Source of the DNA: Euglena gracilis
Taxonomy: Eukaryota
DNA length: 64,000 nucleotides
Assembly (NCBI GenBank): GCA_039621445.1
Contig: CP154954.1
Span: 12,766,716 to 12,830,715 of the forward strand
Direction of reading: 5' to 3'
Part shown: one piece after another, positions 39,751-51,474 of the stretch
Position numbering within the stretch: the stretch's first letter is position 1
How the letters are laid out: every line of letters begins with the position of its first letter
Notes under the pieces: model-generated
Seen by the model: only the letters and a program-made list of their open reading frames with translations
Told to the model about the DNA's origin: nothing
Database searches by the model: none
Made by a program: the position numbers and the translations under genes

Positions 39751-40416
39751 GGCAGTAGTTGGCTTGTTGGCTTGTTGGCAGTTGGCTTGCGTGTGGCGGG
39801 GACCCCGGTGGCGTGGTGAGGTCGATGAGGTCGTCGATGGGCTCCCGTTGTGCTGCTTGGGGCTGGGGGGTCCCCTCACATGCTGCCTGGTGCCCTGCTG
39901 CGTCCCGCGGTGGTGGGTGCTGTGGTGTTCCCCTGCCACTGTCCCGCGGCAGTGGTACGCGGGCTTCCCACGTTGGCCACTTGGGGGCCGGCCTGCGCTG
40001 TCCCCCCTCCTCCGCTTCCGTCACCTTTCGCCACGCGTCGTGGAACCACGCCCGCAGTTCCCGTGTGGTGACGGACGCCGCGTCCCAGTACCGCCACAGG
40101 AACCGGGTCCACGTGGAGTGCACCATTCTCCATGGTATCCCCTGCGATGCGCGTGGGTGAAGGTGCCGGCCACCGTGTCTTGGAACAGATCCATGCGGCT
40201 GCATGTCCGTTGGGCTGCCACCAACCAGCCCATGATGACGCCTGCCAGCTGGGCTATGTTGGCCACTGTTGTGCCCTCGGGGTATCGGTCTACCCGGATG
40301 GGGTAGTCCACTGCACGGTCGTGCAGGACCGAGTGGGCTTGTCCGCGGTCGTCCACGAACAGCCGCACCCCCAGGTAGATGAGGCTGTGGGGCTCCTCGG
40401 CGGTGGACTTGTACTG

Positions 40417-40418
<2 letters not shown>
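39751..40418 (-). pseudogene. PLE family B RT C-terminal/thumb fragment, 5'-truncated at (GA)n
   Basis: YKST...LIYLGVRL...VLHDRAVDYPIRVDRYP...QLAGVIMG...RRGY...WTRFLWRYW...RELRAWF...IDDL parallels family A YKTT...VCLGVRV...VHDREEEYPHHIVRYP...QLGGVIMG...WRGY...WSRFLFQRW...RELRSWF...IDDL. Confidence 0.85.

Positions 40419-40466
<48 letters not shown>
40419..40466. repeat. (CT)n microsatellite at a PLE 3' end
   Basis: ~24 ct units joining unit A4 to the family-B fragment. Confidence 0.95.
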
Positions 40467-40469
<3 letters not shown>

Positions 40470-43400
40470 TGATTGGTATGGACGGGGGATTCTGGGTGTG
40501 GGTGGGAGTGGGGATGGGAGGGGATGGGGAGGGAGGTGGGGGGGTGCCGCAGAGAGGGGAGGCCTCGCACGGGTTGCACGCCCACCTCCAGCCGGTGCGG
40601 CCCGAACTGGAGGGCCGGAGATACCAGCTCCGGCAGGCCGGGAGGGGCATACCTGGGGTGCCGCTGCCTCCGCGTCCGTGCCGGTCGTCGTCTCCTGCTG
40701 CCGCCGCCGTCCGCCGCGACGATGGCCTCGCAGGGGATCCCACGGGTTGGGATGAGAGGGGATCGGAGGGGGGCCGGCCCTTGCCTCCCTCGCTCTCTCT
40801 CTCTCTCCGCCTCCGCGGTCTCGATGTGGTTGGGGGCTGCGACTCCCCCCGAAAGTGGCGTTGAGCTTGGCATTTTTCTTGCAGCTTCTTCAGCTCCTCG
40901 CTGAGGGCGGAGATGCTGTCCGCCATCCTCTTGATCTCCTTGTGCAGCGCCGCCCCTCGCCTGCTCTGCACCGGCGTCCAGGTGTCGCCTTCTAGTCTTC
41001 TCCCTCTTGCTTCTTCTCGGGGTTGGTTGCCCTGCGCACTCCCAGGGCGAGAGGGTCTTGTAGATCTCATGGCTGCTGAAATTTGTGATTCCCCAGGGCG
41101 GTGCCCACGGGTCGATTCCCTGTTGGGTCGCCAAGGGGCTTGGGGCCGGGGCAAATCCCGCTTCGCTTGCTCCCCTGCGGACGGGGTTGGCGGGGCACAG
41201 GCACCACGCTGCCTGCCACCCGCCCGGACTTGGCTCGGTCTCGCTCCGGGGACGTGGCTCCCGGACGGTTGGTGGCCCTGGTGGGGGCCGTGGGGGTGGC
41301 GCCTTGGACCGGGGTGGTCGGCCTCCCCGATCCTGGCACCTTCATGCCAGTCGTGCGTCTGGCGCTCGAGGTCCGCGGGGCGCTCGACGTTCTGGGCTGC
41401 TGCGGCTTCTTGCCATTCTTGGATGATGCTTCGCCGCTGGGGGCCGCACGAGGCCCAGACCTGGTTCTGCAGGTCCGGGTCCCATGATTCGTACATGGTC
41501 TGTCCTCGTCCTACTTGTCGTGGGTCCTTCAGCACCGCCTTCCACTCCTCGTACTTGGCTCGCCACTCGGCAGGCCACTCGCTCAACGACGTGAACTTCC
41601 TCTTCTTCGTGGGGCCTTGGGAAGAGGTGTCGTCGTCGGTGGCGTCGCTGGGTGGCGGCGGGGGAGCGATGAGGAGTGGGCGGTTTGGGGCCTCGATGGC
41701 GGGAATGGGGAGATCTTGGAGGAGGGCCAGGGAGGACGAGGGGGAGGAGGGGCCGATGGTGAGTGTGCTGAGATGCACATTCTGCACGATGGAGGGGGCT
41801 TGTGGCGCGGAGGGAGGGAGATAGATGGGGATGGGTACCCGGACCTCCACGGGGACGGGGACGGGCATGGGGACCCGGACCTCCACGGGCACCTGCACAG
41901 GGACCAGGACGACCCGCTCGATGACCCGATCCACGAAGACGGGCTCCCGCACGGGAACGGGGACCTGCCTCTCGACGATGACGACCCGCTCCTGGAGGAC
42001 CTCTCGGGTGGGTGGGGGGGGGCATGGGGTTGGGGAGGCGGAGTCTGGGTTGGAGAGAGGGGGGCCTTGGGAGGCTGTGGGGGCCGTTGGGGCACTGGGG
42101 GATTGGGAGGCGGTGCTTGGCTGCGCTGCAACCCCCTCGAGGGCGTCCGTCTCCGTCTCCATGGCCGTGGGCTGGCAACTCTCAGGCCCGCCCGGGCTCC
42201 CCGGGGGCGGGATCCTTGGCGGCGTCACCCCCGGTTCACCGCCCAGCGTAAACCCCGCTCCGGTGTGGGCCAGCCTGTCGCTTGGGGCGTCCCCCCTCGG
42301 CTCTGAGGCCGGTCCTGGCAGCACGATCACGGACCCGCCCGGGCTCCCTGGGGCTGAGATCCTTGACGGCGTCACCCCCAGTTCACTGCCCGACGTAAAC
42401 CCCGTCACGGTGTGGGCCAGTCCGTGGCTCGGGGCGTCCCCCTTGCTGTCCTCAGGCCCGCCCGGGCTCCCCGGGGGCGGGATCCTTGGCGGCGTCACCC
42501 CCGGTTCACTGCCCGGCGTAAACCCCGCCCCGGTGTGGGCCGGCCTGGTGCTGCGGCTGTTTGGGGCGTCCCCCTCCTCTTGACTGCTTGGCAGAGGCTC
42601 GCCCGGGCTCGCCGGGGGCGGGATCCTTGGCGGCATCACCCCCGGGTCCTTGCCCCTGCTGCTCAAGCCCTGGCCAGTGGACGGATCGGGACGCTCCCCT
42701 CGGGGCCTTCTGCTTGCCGTGGCGCACGTGGGCCTCCCGGTCGATGATCATCACGTCCATGTCGGAGGGCTGGGAGGCGGAGGGGGAAGGGGGCGGCGTC
42801 ATCTCGGCCAGCAGGTCGTCGATGCCCCCGGGGAGGAGGGGTGCGGGTTGGCCGAAGACGGAGAGGAAGTCGGCTTGGGAGGGGGCATGGGCCTCATCGA
42901 GGGGGAGGGCTGTGGCCCATGGTGCTGGGGGCATGCGGTGGGGGCTGGAGTGGAGCCACTTCCACACCTTGGAAAACCAGCTGCGGAGCTCACGGACGCG
43001 GATGTCGGTGGCGTGCCAGCGCTGGAAGAGGAAGCGGCTCCACACCGACTGCACCAGCCGACGGGAGTACCCCCGCCAGATGGCGTTGCGGAAGACGTTG
43101 GCCACGGACTGCTTGAAGTCCCCCATGTGGCTGCAGGCCATCCGGGCGAACTCCAGGCGGCCCATGATGACCCCGCCCAGCTGCTCGGTGGGGGCGGTGG
43201 TGGTGGCCAGAGGGTAGCGGACGATGTGGTGGGGGTACTCCTCCTCTCGGTCATGGACGGTGGTGTGGACTACGCGGTCCCCGTTGGTGTGGCACTGGAT
43301 GTACACCCGGACGCCCAGGCACACCACGGACTCGCCGGAGCCGGTGGTCTTGTAATCCATACCGTACTCGGCTGCCGAGGGGAGGGGCATGGTGGTGGGG

Positions 43401-45928
43401 TGGACGATGTCGTCGATGTATCGGGACACGGCGGAGGACCGGAGCTGGGGAGGGAGGGCGTACATGTGGTCGCGCTCCACGGGGTAGCAGGCCAGATTGG
43501 CCAGCTGCGGGGCTGGGGGGAGGCCCATGGGCATGCCCCGGATCTGCCGCCGGACCCTTCCGCCGTTGAAGGTGTAGTTGTTCTGCACCGCCACGGTCAC
43601 CAGCTCCTTCAGGTCTTCCAAGGAATAGCCGAGGCCATCCCACGACCAGCCGCCGGTGGTGAGGGACGGCGGGGTGGCGGGGTCCACTCCGGCGGGGGTC
43701 TCGGTCTCCAGCACGAAGGCCCAGGACTCCTTGACCGACTCCAGGGTCCTGGCGATGATTGCGTCGAAGTTGAAGGCCGTGTACATCGTCGTGAAGTCCG
43801 CCGTCTCCAAGCCCCCCGCTAGGATGTCCTTGGAGTGGGTTCGGACCATCCGGACGAAAGACTCCACACTGTCGATTCCCCAGAACGCCTTGATGCCCTC
43901 CTGCTGCTGCCGCCGCTCATCCTTTTCCCGGAGGGCAGCCTCAATGTAGGAGCGACACCAAGGCTTTGCTCAAGGCGTAGAGGGGCTGCCGGGGAGGCTC
44001 CTTGGAGGCGGTGGGGGCGGAGGCGGGGGCGGACTCAGAGGCGGGGGCGGGGGACCCGGGGTCGGGGTCGTGGTTCTTGCGCGTCCCGGCGATGAACCGG
44101 AACTTCTTCTTCGCCGGCTTCCATATGCCGTAGTTGTAGACGACGCCGGCGCCCGTGGGGAAGTGAAGCCGCTGGTTGACCTCCGACAGCCGGGCCACCA
44201 CCTCCCTCCAGGTGTCGGTCACGTCCTCGAACACGGTGGAGTCCGCCAGGTAGGTGGCCATCTGCTTCTGATACCACCGTTTGCAGACGAACATCAGGCC
44301 GTGGGGGGCCCGGTCGTCGTGGAGGAAGACGAGGACCTGGTGGGCCTCCCGCATTTGCTGTGAAAGGCCGGGGAAGCCGGCGGGGACCAGCTCTTCTCTG
44401 ACCGCCGAGCACCGCCAGTTGGTGGTGCAGCGGGCCTCCACGGCGTCGGCCCACTCGCCCAGCTTCCGGAGGTAGGTGGCGTCGGTGGGGTTGCTGCGCG
44501 CCGCCCACTCGGTGTACTGGTTCAACGCCCGGCGGAGGTCATGGAGGACGGTGTCGGGGGGGCCCTCCAGCCGGAACTTCTTCCCCTTGGCCGCCAGGGT
44601 CTGCAGGTACGACCACCGCAGCAGCTCTGACTCGTTGCTCACCGCGTGGCCCTCGTGGAAGGCTGCCGGCTCCTTCCGGCGGAGGGCCGAATGGCACTGG
44701 CAGCCCTCGAGGTCGTCGGCCTGCGCGGCAGCCACGTCCAGCTCGCTGGAGACTTGGGCGTAGTTGCACAGCCACGCCTGCCACTGCGGGGCGAACTTGT
44801 CACAGACCATGATGGCGGCGGCGACGTCCGGGTTGGGGTGGAGCTTGTAGACGGCCTCCTCCCGCAACACCTTGCGGAGCTCAAGGTGGCGGGCACCGTT
44901 GTTGGAGTAGGAGAACTTCAGGAACTGCCGCTCGGGGGCCTCTTTCCTCTTCGCCTTGATGAGCTCCACCAGCTTGCACTCCAGCGAGAGGTGGCCGGAG
45001 CGTCGCTCGTCGTCCGGGACATGCTGCTGCAGCCAGTCCAGAGTGGAACACAACCGCGCCTTGCCCCAGGAGCGCGCCTCCGCCAGGGCGCTGGAGTCCC
45101 CTTGGTGACAGCGGCGCAGCCACTTTGCTAGGTCGGGGCTGGGCGGGGGGTCGCCTTGGGATGTGGGGGCGGGGTCGGCGCTGGGGAGCGTGTGGCGGCG
45201 GCGGAGCACCTTCCGACTGACGGGGAAGCCGGGGTAGGCGGCGTTGAAGCCATGGGGCCACATGGAGTTGAGGAGGCCCACCCACCTGCGCTCGCGGGCG
45301 AGGGCATCCCGGCGGGCGAGGGCGGTGCGGTCAGCCCGGGAGAAGCTGTCTGGTGAGGGGAGCCTCTCGATGGGGATCATGAGGAAGGAGAAGGGGGTGG
45401 GGTCGTTGGCCAGGGCGTCGTGCAGGGCGTCGGCGCAGCGCCCCCGGCTCCACCAGTGCTCCTTGGCCCGCTTGTAGACCTTCCGCGTGGTCTGCCCGAC
45501 GTACAGCCGCCCCGTGGGGAAGTGGAAGAGGGCGTAAATCCAGCCGGGGGCATCCCACAGGATGGCCACGTCGCCCCAGTCCACTGCGGTGTTGGCTGGG
45601 TCGGCGGAGCGGAGCTGCAGGACCCTGCGCATGGTCTTGTTGCGCCAGGATCACCGCTCCCAGCTGCGCTGCATCCACTGCAGGTGGTCCTGCCAGCTCC
45701 ACTGCCCCTCGTTGCGGCGGTGGCGGGACGGCTGGGGGTCGTGCTTGTCGTAGGGCTCGGCGATGGGGAGGGCGCGGTCATCCCGGGAGTGGGACGGCCT
45801 GGGGGGCCTTCGGGAAGAGGGTTGCCCGGGAGGGCGCTCGGGGGGAGGCCTGGGGGTGCGAGAAACCTCGCCAGGCAATTCACGGTGGACCCCGGGGAAA
45901 GCTCCCCGAGCCGCAGGGACTGCGGAAA
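40467..45928 (-). mobile_element. PLE family A unit A4, full length, disabled
   Basis: ORFs 43941..45632 (GIY-YIG, CxC), 42506..43867 (RT) and 40021..42666 (extension), separated by small deletions near 43945 and 42665. CGA>TGA at 45651-45653. Confidence 0.93.
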
Positions 45929-46252
45929 TCTCTCTTCTTGATTGGTATGGACGGGGGATTCTGGGTGTGGGTGGGAGTGGGGATGGGAGGGGATGGGGAG
46001 GGAGGTGGGGGGGTGCCGCAGAGGGGGGAGGCCTCGCACGGGTTGCACGCCCACCTCCAGCCGGTGCGGCCCGAACTGGAGGGCCGGAGATACCAGCTCC
46101 GGCAGGCCGGGAGGGGCATACCTGGGGTGCCGCTGCCTCCGCGTCCGTGCCGGTCGTCGTCTCCTGCTGCCGCCGCCGTCCGCCGCGACGATGGCCTCGC
46201 AGGGGATCCCACGGGTTGGGATGAGAGGGGATCGGAGGGGGGCCGGCCCTTG

Positions 46253-46290
<38 letters not shown>

Positions 46291-49200
46291 GGGAGTGGGG
46301 ATGGGAGGGGATGGTGAGGGAGGTGGGGGGGTGCCGCAGAGGGGGGAGGCCTCGCACGGGTTGCACGCCCACCTCCAGCCGGTGCGGCCCGAACTGGAGG
46401 GCCGGAGATACCAGCTCCGGCAGGCCGGGGGTGGCACACCTGCGATGTCGCCGCCTCCGCGTCCGTGCTGGTCGTCGTCTCCTGCTGCCGCCGCTGCCGC
46501 CGCCGTCTGCCGCGACGATGGCCTCGCAGGGGATCCCACGGGTTGGGATGAGAGGGGATCGGAGGGGGGCCGGCCCTTGCCTCCCTCTCTCTCTCTCTCT
46601 CTACCCTCCGCGGTGGTCTCGATGTGGTTGGGGGCTCCGACTCCCCCCGAAAGTGGCGTTGAGCTTGATATTTTTCCTGCAGCTTCTTCAGCTCCGCGCT
46701 CAGGGCGGAAATGGTGTCCGCCATTCTCTTGATCTCCTTGTGCAGGGCAGCCCCTCGCCTGCTCTGCACCGGCGTCCATACGTCGCCTTCTTCTCTTCTG
46801 CCTCTTGCTTCATCACGGGGTTGGTTGCCCTGCGCACTCCCAGGGCGAGAGGGTCTTGTAGATCTCATGGCGCTTGAACTATGTGATTCCCCAGGGCGGT
46901 GCCCACGGGTCGATTCCCTGTTGGGTCGCCAAGGGGCTTGGGGCCGGGGCAAATCCCGCTTCGCTTGCTCCCCTGCGGACGGGGTTGGCGGGGCACAGGC
47001 ACCACGCTGCCTGCCACCCGCCCGGACTTGGCTCGGTCTCGCTCCGGGGACGTGGCTCCCGGAGGGTTGGTGGCCCTGGTGGGGGCCGTGGGGGTGGCGC
47101 CTTGGACCGGGGTGGTCGGCCTCCCCGATCCTGGCACCTTCATGCCAGTCGTGCGTCTGGCGCTCGAGGTCCGCGGGGCGCTCGACGTTCTGGGCTGCTG
47201 CGGCTTCTTGCCATTCTTGGATGATGCTCCGCCGCTGGGGGCCGCACGAGGCCCAGACCTGGTTCTGCAGGTCCGGGTCCCATGATTCGTACATGGTTTG
47301 TCCTCGTCCTGCTTCTCGTGGGTCCTTCAGCACCGCCTTCCACTCCTCGTACTTGGCTCGCCACTCGGCAGGCCACTCACTCAACGAAGTGAACTTCCTC
47401 TTCTTCGTGGGGCCTTGGGAAGAGGTGTCGTCGTCGGTGGTGTCGCTGGGTGGCGGCGGGGGAGCGGTGAGGAGGAGGCGGTTGGGGGCCTCGATGGCGG
47501 GAATGGGGAGACCTGGGAGGAGGGCCAAAGAAGACGAGGAGGAGGAGGGGCCGATGGTGAGTGCGTTGAGATGCACATTCTGCACGATGGAGGGGGCTTG
47601 TGGCGCGGAGGGAGGGAGGTAGATGGGGACGGGAACCCGGACCTCCACGGGGACGGGGACGGGCATGGGGACCCGGACCTCCACGGGGACTTGCACGGGG
47701 ACCGGGACGACCCGCTCGATGACCCGATCCACGAAGACAGGCTCCCGCACGGGAACGGGGACCTGCCTCTCGACGATGACGACCCGCTCCTGGAGGACCT
47801 CACGGGTGGGTGGGGGGAGGCATGGGGTTGGGGAGGCGGAGTCCGGGTTGGAGAGAGGGGGGCCTTGGGAGGCTGTGGGGGCCGTTGGGGCGCTGGGGGA
47901 TTGGGAGGCGGTGCTTGGCTGCGCTGCAACCCCCTCGAGGGCGTCCGTCTCTGTCTCCATGGCCGTGGGCTGGCAACTCTCAGGCCCGCCCGGGCTCCCC
48001 GGGGGCGAGATCCTTGGCGGCGTCACCCCCGGTTCACCGCCCAGCGTAAACCCCGCTCCGGTGTGGGCCAGCCTGTCGCTTGGGGCGTCCCCCCTCGGCT
48101 CTGAGGCCGGTCCTGGCAGCACGATCACGGACCCGCCCGGGCTCCCTGGGGCTGAGATCCTTGGCGGCGTCACCCCCAGTTCACAGCCCGACGTAAACCC
48201 CGTCACGGTGTGGGCCAGTCCGTGGCTCGGGGCGTCCCCCTCGCTGTCCTCAGGCCCGCCCGGGCTCCCCGGGGGCGGGATCCTTGGCGGCGTCACCCCC
48301 GGTTCACTGCCCGGCGTAAACCCCGCCCCGGTGTGGGCCGGCCTGGTGCTGCGGCTGTTTGGGGCGTCCCCCTCCTCTTGACTGATTGGTAGAGGCTCGC
48401 CCGGGCTCGCCGGGGGCGGGATCCTTGGCGGCATCACCCCCGGGTCCTTGCCCTTGCTGCTCACGGATTGGGCGCACCTCACCTCTGGGGCGTCCCCCTC
48501 TCTGAGCCCTGGCCAGTGGACGGATCGGGACGCTCCTCTCGGGGCCTGCTGCTTGCCGTGGCGCACGTGGGCCTCCCGGTCGATGATCATCACGTCCACG
48601 TCGGAGGGATGGGAGGCGGAGGGGGAAGGGGGCGGCGTCATCTCGGCCAGCAAGTCGTCGATGCCCCCGGGGAGGGGTGCGGGGTGGCCGAAGACGGAGA
48701 GAAAGTCGGCCTGGGAGGGGGCATGGGCCTCATCGAGGGGGAGGGCGGTGGCCCATGGGGCTGGGGGAGCGCGGTGGGGGCTGGAGTGGAGCCACTTCCA
48801 CACCTTGGAAAACCAGGTGCGGAGCTCACGGACGCGGATGTCGGTGGCATGCCAGCGCTGGAAGAGGAAGCGGCTCCACACCGATTGCACCAGGCGGCGA
48901 GAGTACCCCCGCCAGATGGCGTTGCGGAAGACGTTGGCCACTGACTGCTTGAAATCCCCCATGTGGCTGCAGGCCATCCGGGCGAACTCCAGGCGGCCCA
49001 TGATGACCCCGCCCAGCTGCTCGGTGGGGGCGGTGGTGGTGGCTAGGGGGTAGCGAACAATGTGGTGGGGGTACTCCTCCTCCCGGTCGTGGACGGTGGT
49101 GTGCACCACGCGGTCCCCGTTGGAATGGCATTGGATGTACACTCGGACGCCCAGGCACACCACGGACTCGCCGGAGCCGGTGGTCTTGTACTCCATGCCG

Positions 49201-51474
49201 TACTCGGCTGCCGAGGGGAGGGGCATGGTGGTGGGGTGGACGATGTCGTCGATGTATCGGGACACGGCGGAGGACCGGAGCTGGGGAGGGAGGGCGTACA
49301 TGTGGTCGCGCTCCACGCGGTAGAGGGCCAGGTTGGCCAGCTGCGGGGCCGGGGGGAGGCCCATGGGCATGCCCCGGATCTGGCGCCGGACCCTTCCGCC
49401 ATTGCAGGTGTAGTTGTTCTGCACCGCCACGGCCACCAGCTCCTTCAGGTCATCCAAGGAGTAGCCGAGGCCATCCCACGACCAGCCGCCGGTGGTGAGG
49501 GACGGTGGGGTGGCGGGGTCCACCCCAGCGGGGGTCTTGGTCTCCCGCACGAAGGCCCAGGCCTCCTTGGCCGACTCCATGGTCCGCTCGATGATGGCGT
49601 CGAAGGTGAAGGCCGTGTACATCGTCGTGAAGTCCGCCGTCTCCAAGCCCCCCGCCAGGATGTCCTTGGAGTGGGTTCGGACCATCCGGACGAAAGACTC
49701 CACGCTGTCGATTCCCCAGAACGCCTTGATGCCCTCCTGCTGTTGCCGCCGCTCGTCCTTTTCCCGGAGGGCGACCTCGATGTGCTTCAGGAGCGACACC
49801 AAAGCCTTGCTCAGGGCATAGGGGGGCGGCCGGGGGGGCTCCTGGGGGGCGGTGGGGGCGGAGGCGGGGGCGGACTCAGAGGCGGGGGCGGGGGACCCGG
49901 GGTCGGGATCGGGGTTCTTGCGGGTCCCGGCAATGAACCGGAACTTCTTCTTCGCTGGCTTCCAGATGCCGTAGTTGTAGACGACACCGGCGCCAGTGGG
50001 GAAGTGCAACCGCTGGTTGACCTCCGACAGCCGGGCAACCACCTCCCTCCAGGTGTCGGTCACGTCCTCGAACACGGTGGAGTCCGCCAGGTAGGTGGCC
50101 ATCTGCTTCTGGTACCAGCGCTTGCAAACGAACATCAGGCCGTGGGGGGCCCGGTCGTCGTGGAGGAAGACGAGGACCTGGTGGGCCTCCCGCATTTGCT
50201 GTGACAGGCCCGGGAAGCCGGTGGGGACCAGCTCTTCTCTGACGGCCGAGCACCGCCAGTTGGTGGTGCAGCGGGCCTCCACGGCGTCGGCCCACTCGCC
50301 CAGCTTCCGGAGGTAGGTGGCGTCGGTGGGGTTGCTGCGCGCTGCCCACTCGGTGTACTGGTTCAGCGCCCGGCGGAGGTCGTGGAGGACGGTGTCGGGG
50401 GGGCCCTCCAGCCGGAACTTCTTCCCCTTGGCCGCCAGGGTTTGCAGGTACGACCACCGCAGCAGCTCGGACTCGTTGCTCACCACGTGGCCCTCGTGGA
50501 AGGCTGCCGGCTCCTTCCGGCGGAGGGCTGTGTGGCACTGGCAGGCGCGGAGGGCGGCGGCCTGGGCTAGAGCCAGGTCCAGCTCGCTGGAGACCTGGGC
50601 GTAGTTGCACAGCCACGCCTGCCATTGCGGGGCGAACTTGTCGCATACCATGATGGCTGCGGCGACGTCCGGGTTGGGGTGGAGCTTGTAGACGGCCTCT
50701 TCCCGCAACACCTTGCGCAGCTCCAGATGGCGGGCGCCGTTGTTGGAGTAGGAGAACTTCAGGAACTGCCGCTCGGGGGCCTCCTTCCTCTTCGCCTTGA
50801 TCAGCTCCACCAGCTTGCACTCCAGCGAGAGGTGGCCGGAGCGCCGCTCGTCGTCCGGGACGTGCTGCTGCAGCCAGTCCAGGGTGGAACACAGCCGCGC
50901 CTTGCCCCAGGAGCGTGCCTCTGCCAGGGCGCTGGAGTCCCCTTGGTGGCAGCGACGGAGCCACTTGGTTAGGTCGGGGCTGGGCGGGGGGGTCGCCTTG
51001 GGATGTGGGGGCGGGATCGGGGCTGGGGAGGGTGTGCTGGCGGCGGAGCACCTTCCGGCTGACGGGGAAGCCGGGGTAGGCGCCGTTGAAGCCATGGGGC
51101 CACATGGAGTTGAGGAGGCCCACCCACTTGCGCTCGCGGGCGAGGGCATCCCGGCGGGCGAGGGCGCGGCGGTCAGCCCGGGGGAAGCTGTCGGGTGAGG
51201 GGAGCCTCTCGATGGGGATCATGAGGAAGGAGAAGGGGGTGGGGTCGTTGGCCAGGGCGTCGTGCAGGGCGTCGGCGCAGCGCCCCCGGCTCCACCAGTG
51301 CTCCTTGGCCCGCTTGTAAACCTTCCGGGTGGTCTGCCCAACGTACAGTCGCCCCGTGGGGAAGTGGAAGAGGGCGTAAATCCAGCCGGGGGCATCCCAC
51401 AGGGCGGCCACGTCGCCCCAGTCCACGGCGGCGTTGGCTGAGTCGGTGGAGCGGAGCTGCAGGACCCTGCGCAT
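45651..51474 (-). CDS. PLE polyprotein: GIY-YIG endonuclease - CxC linker - reverse transcriptase - Pro-rich repeats - articulin-like VPV domain - Trp-rich domain - 2A-like motif - coiled coil
   Basis: ORF 45651..51149 (1832 aa) joined to the GIY-YIG frame of 49876..51777 by one extra G in the run at 50986-50992 (G7 versus G6 in A4). EN: WIYAL...LYVGQT...R.KEH...E..W...N...PHGFN. RT motifs ADFTTMY, GMPMG, RYIDD intact. Start codon uncertain because the frame is open upstream of 51474. Confidence 0.85.

Noticed and set aside
38937-39758. Stand-alone host articulin gene
   Set aside because: The segment is short, intronless and rejoins the family-B RT tail, so it is part of the retroelement.
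45651-45653. In-frame TGA as selenocysteine (as in some Naiad PLEs)
   Set aside because: Aligns with Arg/Gln codons in sister copies, not Cys; best explained as a CpG transition.
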